DNA from: Lingula anatina
Taxonomy: Eukaryota > Animalia > Brachiopoda
DNA: 64,000 bases
Assembly (NCBI GenBank): GCA_051362555.1
Contig: CM120647.1
Coordinates: 18,142,651-18,206,650 of the forward strand
Reading direction: 5' to 3'
The notes beneath the pieces were generated by a model. The model ran no database searches. It was not told the origin of the DNA and saw only the letters and a list, made by a program, of their open reading frames with translations. The position numbers and the translations under genes were made by a program. Below are positions 13,701-25,900 of the stretch, piece by piece. Position 1 is the first letter of the stretch, and each line of letters begins with the position of its first letter.

Positions 13701-16700
13701 CAGAAACTGAAACTAGTGTGGAAATGATGGCTGTTGTAAAAAGGCATGTATGTAAATGAAAGCCACAATATAACAAATGCTGAGGAGATGCATGAGGCCC
13801 TAGTTTCTGCACTTGGAGCCATTTTCTACATCCAGCTAGACAGACATCTTCCAAACCTGCGTGGACTGGAGTGTCCAATTACAACAATTTAGCTTTCTTG
13901 ATTCCTACAACATGAGAAAAGGTGTCTTCCTTCCTTGAGCAGTTTTAACATGAGTGATACTGATGTTAAAGTTAATTTGGGTTTTTCTGAGGCAAATATG
14001 CCAACTGGGACTATACCAAGCAAGATCACAAACAGGGAAATTTTTTCTTGTCCAGAGAAGTTTTCTCTGAAATATTTTGCTACTAAGACTGAAGAGTATT
14101 TGTAAGGTCCTTTTTTAGACCACAGTTATGAAATGTGCCAAAAAAAAACAGCTTTTGATCAAATTAAAGTCTAGTGGGCCAACAATCTGACTAAAGAAAA
14201 ACTTAAAGCACATCAGCTGTGAGAGAACTCCACCCTCTTGAATATCTCACTGAGTTACACAATGGATGAGCTTTAAAGTCACCTAAACCTTTGAAACTAT
14301 ATTCAAATAAAGTAAAGGAGTTTTTACTGAAGGAGTTTAGAAGGGCACAAGAAACAGGCCAGCAGAACCTAGCATTTGTGAGCATGAAGATGAGATTGAA
14401 ATGTCAGTAAGGAGGGTTACAGACTATTCAGGAAGAAAAAATCGGCAGTTATTTTTGAATGTATTAAAAACTTTGATGTAATGAGCTGTAATTTTTGATA
14501 CAAAACTGCAAAGATGTTTCATAACACCAGGATATATTTTGCGGTTGTGTTAGTTTTGCTTTTTGAATAGAAAATTATCTTGTTTTGCTACATTATGATA
14601 TAGTTTGTAATGATCACAACTAATGTTGCACTGCTTTGCATGTATTGCTATATTATAATTTTGTAATTTTTTTATTATTTATAATTATTCATCTGAGACA
14701 ACAATAAACTAAATTGAATAATTTTTTAGTTACTGTATGCTCATAAATAGTCACCAAAAAGTGGTGTGGATGATTAAAAAAAAACTCTTGATAATTGAAA
14801 AAGATTTGTTCTGGCTTTGCTATCATAAATACTATGGCATATCCTGATCTCTATATGATAAATATTGCACCAAAAAGAAATCGCTACTAAACTAAGATTT
14901 TAATTTGTATTCACCAAATTGATGATATTAAAAAAATATATATATATTAAAATTATCTTGTAAACTCTCAAGTTAATTGCCAGTGCCTATCCAAAGTAAC
15001 AGAATCTATGATTTATTTCCTCTAAATTTTTTGTCCATATAAATTAAGAAGTCCATATATGGCAATTTACAAATATGAAGCCCAGTGACCTTGACCTACT
15101 GACCTGATATTCATTAGTACACACCCACTTTCCATGTTCACCAGCCCTATTAATTTAATAACATCATTGTAGAGCAAAATGGTTTAATAAATTAATCAAA
15201 CCTGTCGTCTACATAGACTTGAATGAATCCACCATGATTTTTTGCCTTAAAAATGGCCAACTTTGGAGGTATTTTTCAGTACCTGTTTTAATACAGCAGT
15301 AACTTTTGAAACTTGATTTGGAATGACCCATATCTGCCTAAAATATTCATGCAGTTTTATAGCTGTAAACCCTGTGAAGATGGAGATATTTGCAATTAAA
15401 GATGGTAGTATCAAAATTGGACTTTGGGGGGAGGGGTGTTATAAATGGGTGTGGCTCGCCCAAGCAGGGTCTTATCTGAATTCTACATATATCTGTGGCA
15501 AGCCAAATGATTGTTTTCAATGATTGTAAGGTCTAATATTTTTTAGTTTTCTCCATTTTTGTTTAATTTACACAAAATATATCATTATTTTTCCAAGGTA
15601 AAAATGGAGTCTCAAAGAGGCTACATAAGCCATGACTTATAATAGGCTATAATTCTCTGAAGAAAGGATATTTTTGGGATTCCTTCCTAACTCATGAATA
15701 ACTTCCTAATATGCCTCCATACAACAAATTTGGTTGAAATCCGCTGACCCCCACCTTGCCACCCTGGGCTGGTTCTCTCGTGGACAAGCTCTTAAGGCTA
15801 TCAAGTAATGTTCTACACTTTGAAATAAATATGTACTTAACTATATGCTTTATGGATTCTTTCATATTGATCCATCAATACAATTGCTCAGAACCAAGAC
15901 TAAACTTATATTTGAGTAAAAAACTATTAGTGTTCTTCATATTTAGAGATATTAATTCTGCCTAAAACAGTATTTTAGGCAATTTAAACGTTAATTTTTT
16001 AATATAGTGAAAATGACAATGCTATACATGTACATGTATATACACCAATGAAACACACACATGGGTAACATTTGTCTCTATCCACAGGGTATTATCTACC
16101 TTGGTAATACCAGGTACTGCATTTGTCTCTATCCACAGAGTATTACCTACCTGGGTAACATTTGTCTTCATCCTCAGAATAATCTGATCCCTCATTATAA
16201 CAGATTTTCTCCTCAGTGTCCAAGATTTGAGACAGAGAGCCACTGAGATCTGGACAGAAGCCATTGGTCTGGTTGTTCATGCCTAGAAAATGGAAGAGAT
16301 CTTTTGTGGTAGAGCATTTTATTTTTGCATTACCTTATACAGGTGTCAGTCTATCCACAATCTACGAAAGACTTGGCAGCCTGACCAGTGGGTGTAAGTA
16401 TTTCTTATGACAGATTATTTTGTATGTTTGGAATCATGTACTACCCCAGCAGACAAACGACACTGATTCACCATTGAATCAACGTTAATTTTGGTGGATC
16501 AACGTAGAATTAATGTCGTTTGCCTGCTGGGACGTATCTCTAATTTCAGCACAAATTCAGCTCCATACATTATTTAACAGAAAAAACATATCAGTATTGC
16601 CCATTTGCATATCAATGTGAGAGACTGTAACTAAACTAATTATATTTCAAGGGCAGTCATTGTTAATTTGACTAAAGATTAAATTACCTATTTACATATC

Positions 16701-19700
16701 AATCGGAGATAATCAAAGCTGTCAACATAACTCACCTGCCAGTAATTTCCCAAGGGGAAGATCACCTTTAAATGCCAGAGAAAAGTTGCGTGCACACTCT
16801 ATGTACTTATCCTTGGGAATATCTTTATGTTGGACTAGTACACCTTTAACTTGACAGAAGCCCTTAAATAAAAATGCTATTCTATTATCAAAGTAAAAAG
16901 CATAGTTCCAGAAACATGGTAAACATACATGTGCTTTTATTTACACCTGAAAAATATATCATACTCATCATGTTTAATTGCAAGCAGACTCAATTTACGG
17001 CGTATCCTCAAAAGTAACTTACCATATTTAAGGTGACAGAATGACAAGTCACAACTGGCAGACCAGGAGGTCTAAATATTGTGTAGTCATCAGAGTTACA
17101 AGCCTGTCTCACCAAGTCACCAAGATTGACAGAATAAGCTACAAATCGTTGATCCATGATGTTGCTATAATACTGCCAACAGCTCTTGGGTGTTGATGTA
17201 TTTCCTGATGATGTCACATTAAACTGGAGTGTTAGCACTTTGGATGGAACTGAAATTATAGAAAATATGACAAAAATTAACAATTGATTTCATTGAAGAC
17301 TCTTGAACAAGGGATTTTTTTATTTACTGAGTGCAGGACATATACTTTATAAGTCAAGGAAATAAAACTACATTTACTTTTTTGAATCGAGGAGTGAAAG
17401 TACATGTGTGACAATCTCACTAAATAGAGAGGCAGTTAATGATTTCTTTATTTTCTCAAGAATAATTGATCAATCAAATAATGGATAATTATGGGACCAA
17501 GAATGACTTTCCTTGGTCAAGGATATTGCTCATAGGTATTTTAGACATGGTAAAAGGTGGTTAAAGACACTCACCTGGTAGACAAACTCCATCATTTTCA
17601 TCACCATCTTCTTTGACCACCTTTCCAATTCTACACCTCACTGTCCCATTGTGTCTGACATCAGTTGCACCCAGAGCAGGGCATTTCCTGGTTGCAGTTA
17701 CATTGTAAGGAGCAGGGTTTGCTTCAAAGTATTCCATGATTTTATTTCCACAATCACGAACCTTTTTGGCTGTCAACACTTCTTTTGGAAATGTCATATT
17801 GTAGAAGTGATAACCAAACTTCATCTTCTGGTAAACCTGGAGAAATAATAGTTACACATTCTTAGTATTGGTGAACTGGCTTCATTTTGAGTGTTAAATT
17901 GTGTGTTTAGAAAATTTTATAGTCATTAAAAATATATATACATTTTCTATCATTGTCTCTGCATGAATTTTGTATATTGTCAAACAACCCAAATCTTTTA
18001 CTAACTGTCTTTTATTTTTTCATATTTTATTTGTTTTTAATGAAATAAAATGAAAAATAATGTTTACTAAATAAATTCCAATTTTCTTGGGGGAATATGC
18101 ATCAATACTGGAACATTATACTATGTTGATATGAAAATTTTTGCAATATTTATTGAGTCATAACTGCCTACCTTATTTCCATCCATGGTGAAGGTAAGTC
18201 CCTCAAATACCACTCGTGTGTGGTATGAGTCACAAATACTTCTTGAAAGATTAGTTATATTGACACTGATATCATTTTGCTGGAACCAGTAATTTGTAGC
18301 ACTTTCAATGGCCTGTACGCATTCGTTGGAGAAGTTTGCCGGTCGCGAAAAAGTTGCCACTGTTGTTACTTTATAGCCTATAATAAAAAACAATTATCAG
18401 GTTACTTAAGGATTGCGAGGAAAGTTGGAGCAAATATATCACGCTTCACTAATATGATGCAGTCCCCAAGATCATTTCCATAATTCTTCATACAGGTCAA
18501 CACTGTTTCTATTAAATGTTGGTCAATGGAAGACAACATTTCCTTTATATAAAGGTTTGATTAATCAAGGTCAACAATGACCCCTCATTGGATTAATGTG
18601 GTATGCTATCTGTGACCAATTCACTTGCTTTAGTCCATGCATTCACTAACCTGGTGTTTCCCCTTTGGACTCTCTGAGACCACCTGCAATGATAAAAATA
18701 GTTGTCTTATCAACTTTTGCTTTTAGGGTGGAGTAGTCATCATTTTACTTTATCACAATGTGCACATTTAAAAAAAGTTGGTATACAGTATTCTGTGAGA
18801 CAGAGGACATAAAAATTGTATAATTATTATGAAAATATCCAATATACCAGTAGTTGACCCAGTGTGACATGACAGAGAGTCCCTAATGCTAGAGTCCGGT
18901 TACCACTAATTTGCATAGGTAAGCTTAACCCCAAAACTTGACCCACTTACGTCAAGCTAACCCTAATTTTTAAAAGTAAATGTAGGGTAAACTCTCCATT
19001 AACCTCAGTTTTGTCACACTGGCATTGGGTGGTCAGTCACTTACCAATTGGGGTGGTTGGTTTTGTACCAGGTGGGGTGGTTGGTTTTGTACCAGGTGGG
19101 GTGGTTGGTCCTGTACCCATTGTGGTGGTAGGTCTTGTACCAGGTGAGGTGGACGGTTTTGTACCAGGTGGGGTGGTCGGCCCTGTACCAGGTGGAGTGG
19201 TCGGTTTTGTACTAGGTGGAGTGGTCGGCCCTGTACCAGGTGGAGTGGTCGGTCCTGTACCAGGTGAGGTGGTCGGTTTTGTACTAGGTGGAGTGGTCGG
19301 CCCTGTACCAGGTGGGGTGGTCAGCCCTGTACCAGGTGTGGTGGTTGGTTTTGTACTAGGTGGAGTGGTCGACCCTGTACCAGGTGGAGTGGTCGGTCCT
19401 GTACCAGTTTGGGTGGTCGGTCTTGTACTAGTAACAGTTGGTGTGGTTGGTAGTGTACCGACGGAGGTGGTCTGTCTTATACCAGACATAGTAGTTCCCG
19501 TTGTTGTGACTGTATTTGTAGTAGCTGCTGTTGTTGTTGATGCTGTACTAGTTGTATTACTTGTTAGAGTTCCAGTTGTTGTCACTGTTGTACTAGTTGT
19601 ATCACTGGTTTGAGCTGGAGTTGTTGTCGTCGTACTGGTTGTTGTACTAGTTGTAGTTGTAGGTCTTATTTGGCACCGCACGCCAGAGTAACCCACTGGG

Positions 19701-19933
19701 CAATGACACAGGAACCCATTGATCATATCTGTACAGTTACCGCCATATTTGCATGGGTTTGATCTGCATTCATCAATTTCTGAATATGAAGTAAAAAAAA
19801 AAGAAAAGAAAAAATTACTCAATGTCACTCAGGGCGTAGGGAAAAGAGCATGGGTAAAGGGTGTCCAAATAAATTTTTGAAATGTCATATACGATGAAAT
19901 CCATATATTCTACAAGATGTGATCATTTATCTA

Positions 19934-19975
<42 letters not shown>

Positions 19976-22900
19976 CCTAAATGCATCAGGTTCTGGTAAG
20001 GACAGGAATGATCTTGTCCTGCATTTCAAACTTATATTATATGGAGACATCTGAAAAATTTACAACATCACATATTTTCTCTAAATATACTTTCCTAATT
20101 CAGTCCTATTAGAAGACAACTGGTGTGGACGCTTCCATCAATAATACCAAGGAAAATTGTTAAATAAGTTAATTAAAATTTAACAGCTAGGTCTGTAGAT
20201 GTACTAGTAGGTAGAGTGGTCCTCCAAACTGTCAATGATGACAGTGTCAGTGACAAGAAGACAGTGTCATCCACTATGATGATGACAATAAAATGGCTTT
20301 CATACCTGTTTCACAGTCCTTCCCTCTATATCCAGGTAAGCAGTCACATCTGTACTTCTTTTTCATGTTCTTACAGGTGGCGTTGTTTTGGCAGGGATCC
20401 TCCTGACAATAATTGATCTCTGAAATAAATAAATTAGTAAATATATAAATGAACATACGGTAAATAAAGTGTTACCTTGACAACTTAACAGGTTCTCTTT
20501 CAGAGGGGATAAAAGGTGACCTTGTTACGGCTGAGGTCCTTTCAAATAAATATTTTTGCCTTTGAATTTATTTTTTGTTTCACTTTCAGATAAATTTTAC
20601 AGATATGTACAAAATTGCAAAAATCACCAGACAAATTCTTGTTTGCTTTATAAAATACCCACACATATTACATTTGTTTGAAAGTATACTGTCAAAATTG
20701 CATATTTACATGTAAAATTACTGTCTATAGCCATAACTAAACCATGGAAATACTAGCATGGGTATTGAACTAGCATGAGCATGGGTATCAAATATTGCCA
20801 AATCCGTACCTTCTACCTTCAAAGTCTCTTTTTGTGCTTTTTTGAGTAAACTGAAGCCTGATTTGCCATCATCTGGGGCTTTCTGAACCTCTTCGATTAC
20901 AACAACTAAAAGGTGCAACAATAATTGGACCACGTTCACCTGGAATTTGACATTTACAGTTTTAATATTTAAAGAAACACTGGGTAAAAAGACATTGAAC
21001 TGTTGGCTTTGTAGAAAAGGTAGAAAGTTATTGCCTCATTTGCACATACGGTATGCTCTGCTTTCAAAACAGATTATTTTAAATATGAATAAAAAAAAAC
21101 AAGAATAAAAATGTGTAATATCCACCAAAGTAATAACAATTAGGTTTGCAGTATACAGGTTCAACTGTAGAATACCTAAGGAGCAGTCACTTTCAGCGTG
21201 TGCCTCAATAATAAATAAGAAATTATGTTACATGAATATTAATTGGTAGCTCATATCACACATCAGTCATTACAACAGAAAGCAGGGGGTTCAGGGTCAA
21301 CCCCACCAGCACCACTATTTTGTTACTGAGTGGTTTAAATGGGCTTCCTACAAGTCCTTCAGCATTGGTTCCAAATACAATACAAATTTACAGTGAAACT
21401 GACAGTGGAGAGAGGGATATACATGTACTTGTATAAGTAAAAGTGTATTTAATGACTTGTTATGCATGCATGGGGGTATTTCATAATATATTGCACCCAA
21501 AGTATAACAAATTCACCAGAAGTAGGAAATATCTTATTTTGACAAAGGTCCACAGAAGATTGTGGTAAAGTTTTAGCGTACGTACCGAGGTAGGCCGTGG
21601 CGGGGCTATTGTGGACGTATTCCCTGTAGTGTTGTCCGCATAAGACATAGTCTCAGCGACGGCAACAACTTCTACTTTAAGGTATGCCATAAAGAAGAAG
21701 ACGTATAAACTTCCATTCCTATAATAATCAAATGAAAAAAATCATGATATGTTTTATAAAATAATAGTTGGAGAATGTGCGTATTGATCAGCGACATTTG
21801 GAAGACATTTAAAATCTTTTTCGTCCTTAAAATCTTTAAAAAGATAAATGAAAGAGCTAAACATAGGTAGGCCTACTCAAAATTGTCAAAAAATCTATCA
21901 CTACTTCAGAACAAACTGTGGAGTGAGATGGTGATTGTGCGTTCATAGGTATGTTTAAGCATGTGCTCAGTTCACGGACCTTTTCCTTAAGGAATATATA
22001 TTTAACACAACACCAAATAAGGTGTATGGTCAATAAAGCAAACAGTGTGTTCATTATCATTGTTATTATGTGATTTTTTTCTTTTTCTTTCTTTCTTCTT
22101 TTTATGATGTTTGATTAAAAAAAAGAAAAGCAAAGCAAAACATTTCAAGTTAAAGGTATATTTGAAGCGAGAGAAACATTATGGTGGCATTTGTCTTGGC
22201 TTGGTGCCCATAATTATTTGACATGAGTGCTTGCTTAATATCCATCTTTAACAATCTGTGATGTAAGTGATTAAATAAATAAAATTCAAACTTACCTTAC
22301 TTCTGTTACTTCACATGTTGGCTGACTTTCATTTAGAGGTCCATTCTTATATGCTGCCACTATCTAATCCATAACAAATTTTATAATGTTAATTTTATCT
22401 GTTCAATCTATTTAGTTGCCCTTAACATGTATACATATACTAAACACAAACTAGTGTGAATATTTTAATGTTGTGGTCTTGAGAATGCATTACTACATGC
22501 CATACTTTGACAAAATAAGTACGTCTGTAGATTAATGAAAAGATAATACAGCAAAGCATGTCTTTGTCTAGAAATAATTACTACAAATATATTTGAATTA
22601 TATAAACGAAATTTGAAATGACGCTCAATCGGAAGTAAAAACGAGGAGTGACATAAGAACGATTTCAGTTTATACGCTTGTCAGATGCATGGTCGTACTG
22701 GTAGCCGGTGGAACAGGAATGGTTATCCTAGCAATAAATTCAGGGATCCCGGGCCGTATGATTAGTACAAATTAGGGTTAATCGGAGTATTGGAATAACT
22801 GGTAGTATATGAGACAAATGTCACTTGTACAAAGTGAAAAGGAAGGACCACGGTCCATAGATTACTACCATTCCTGTCTTTCCGGTTTGACAACGAAAAT

Positions 22901-25900
22901 TGCCATCACTCAGATGCAATCAATGGGATCAGCTTTATTCCTTGACAAGTCTCCTCGAGCTGCTAGGGGGTAACTAACTCACGCGTGCGCTCGGCTTATT
23001 TACCCCCTCGAGCAGGCATGTCAGGCAATTAGGCCGATCTGAATGTGCCCTAATTATTCTACATGACAAACTATCACCTCTTTACAGAAGTCCTCAGTGA
23101 AGTTCTTGTATTCCTGGGAGGAAGTATTGGTCAACTCCGCCGTGAACTCAGAGTCTATTTTCATTGTGTTGTTTGTTACAACTGAAAAAAATATTGGCCA
23201 TCATTTGTTTATAGTTGTTTCGTTTAATTACACATAAGTTTTCAATTATTTGCATGTACAATCGACACTACAGTTGACGTTTTTATCTACGTGTAGCAAG
23301 AATGCTTCTAGTTGACATGCAATACGTTTACACGAAAATATGGGGCATGAAAACATGGGTTGTTGAACTGAAATTCTTAGAAAATAACGGTTGAAGTGTG
23401 ATGTTGCTATGGAATTGTTGGATGTCGACATGGCATGTTTAATTGGAACAGTGACATTGGTATTTTAAAGTCCCGACAGACTGATAAAAAAATGAAAATT
23501 TCATTTAAGGATTATAATTGCAACAACCAGTGAACATAAATAACTGCCCAAAAAATACTACAAAACATCAATTTGCGTATCTGAATGTTTATATTCAACT
23601 TAACTTTATTTATCTTTTCATAACTTAGATTTTATCTCTATTCTTTATCAATCATTTTGCTGAAATAATATAGTCAGTTTGTAATAAACAGGAAGCCAAT
23701 ACATACAACAATTAACAAGAAAAATGTACCTTGTTCTGGCTCAGGTGCCTCTGTGGTAAGTGGAAGCTCAGTTGTTGTCACCTCAGTTGTTGCAGATTCT
23801 GCAGTTGTAGGTTCTGCAGTACTGACGGCACTTGGCGTGGTGTCTACTTTGGTACTCAATGTAGGTGGTTGATTCGTGGATGTAGTACCTGTAGTACTTG
23901 TAGTAGGTGTAGTAGTTGTAGTAGGTGTAGTTGCTGTGGTAGGTGCAGATGTTGTAGTACCTGTAGTAGTTGTAGCAGGTGTAGTTGCTGTGGTCGGCGC
24001 GGATGTCGTAGTAGCTGCAGTACTTGTAGTGGGCGTTGTTGCTGTAGTTGCTGTGGTGGTAGTTGTGGTTGTTGTTGTGGTGGTAGTTGTGGTTGGAGTT
24101 GGGGTGGTAGTAGATGTTGTAGTTGTTTCCGGAGGGACTGAAATAATAATGATAATAAAAATAATAATGATAATAATAATTACATAATATATTTATTAGA
24201 GTGTAAAACCCATAACGACTTTAGCAAACTTCACAGCACAAAAAAACTTAAGATAAAATTGTTTACAGATAACAATATTTAAGAGATATAATAACCCAAA
24301 ACGATTATAAGTTAATAAGACAGAAAATAACATGACAGCTGTGCCATGACCGTTTGAAGTGATGCCTATACCACTTTCACTTTCATACCAGCATAACTGA
24401 TTGTTTTCTGTCGCACTTAAAATATCACTAAAGCATTTCTTCTTTAGTACAACCATTATAAAAATAATCCATGTGACATGGAAAAAAGACTTAAGTAATT
24501 ACTAACACGTTGCATTTTAACTCTAATATTGCTCTATACATAGATTTTAGTTCGTCATAAAAACACTATTCCTGTTAATTTTAGCCCATGTTCATTTTGG
24601 AAATTTTAAATGGGTCGCAATCTTTTTAGCTATGGTTCTGTTGTATTGAACGCTAAATAGGACATGTTGAGTACTGAATTAAAAAAGAAGAGATTGTCTA
24701 ATATACTTTACAAAAACAACCCGTAAGACAGCAGGCAACAACAGAAACAACATTGAAGCAGAACGCAACTGCAGATGACTTACGTACCTTCAAATTTCAA
24801 TTTTCCCTTGTCTATCTGGAGTCCAGAGAAAGCGAAGTTATCGTAGACAAAAGCTTTGTGTAGAATAGTTGCAGCCTGGGTTTTACTAATTCCGGGATTC
24901 CGAATCTTTGTGGAATCAAACCCTACGGTAAAATCTGCTGTCACACTGCCCGCCCTGTGGGTAGGTAAAAGGTAGTGTTGCAGTAGTCAAATATATACAG
25001 TGTATATATTAGATTTTCCTTATTCTAAACGTTTAATCGGTTGTTAGAAGCGACAATTTGTAATTATGAGATGTAACCTTGAGTGCGATGCACTCACCTT
25101 TTCACTTCAAAATTCAACTTTGTGCACGCACACGTATACTTATATATTAAATGTTCAATAATGATATGACAGCTTTTAAGTCAAATGTAGCCTAAAAAAT
25201 AAAACGATTTCCCAGTTATAATAACGAAACGTGAGAACCAAATATGCAACGTACTCTTAGGCTCTATTCCCATAGATTTTAGCTCGATCTATCCCCGCGG
25301 GGAGTCTCACTAGATTACTTTCAGATAATCTGACTTAAATGTCCGTCCCGCCTACTACAAGCTGTAAGGGGATAATTAACTTTCGTGTCCGCCCGGCTGA
25401 CAGCTATTTAGCGTGAACCCCCAGGGAGTTAGGTCGATCTAGTTGGATCGATCTAATCTCTGGGAATGGGGTCTTAAACTGTCTACAGTTCAGCCTAAAT
25501 ACATGTATGCACATAAACATATAAGAACAAATAACTACAATGCGGCCCAAACATATGTGCAACGTACCTAAATCTGTCCACAGTACAACTCCTATATATG
25601 TTCGCCATCACACTGGCCTTGTAAATTTCTGCAACCTAAAATGGAATAAAAGAGTTATAGATTTTTATATATTTATTATGACATATGCTGTAATTATTTA
25701 ACATTTTATAAGACATAGTTTTACTAACCTTTACATTTTCAAGATTTCACATTATAGACACTCGTGACAATTAACTCTTTTACTTTTAGTACAAAGCGGG
25801 TTAATCTCAGTTGTATCGATCAGGACTGTAGCCAGTTATTTTAAAGGAGGAGTTCTTTCTTTAAAAAATGGTGGACCCTTTCACGGCGAAACATTTTGAC

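Noticed and set aside
16060-16170. Short regularly spaced repeats resembling a CRISPR array
   Set aside because: Degenerate tandem copies of an exon end with no unique spacers or cas genes, in a eukaryotic context.
693-18377. Interpretation of the four cassettes as four separate tandem genes
   Set aside because: No start codons, signal peptides or stops at unit boundaries; the units are joined in frame through phase 1-1 microexons.
19011-19613. 200-aa Val/Gly/Pro-rich plus-strand ORF (elastin-like VPGG repeats)
   Set aside because: Antisense shadow of the Thr/Pro repeat exon; the minus frame has an EGF domain and proper splice sites.
23731-24187. Cys-rich (metallothionein-like) and Val-rich plus-strand ORFs
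   Set aside because: Antisense shadows of the Thr-rich mucin exon.
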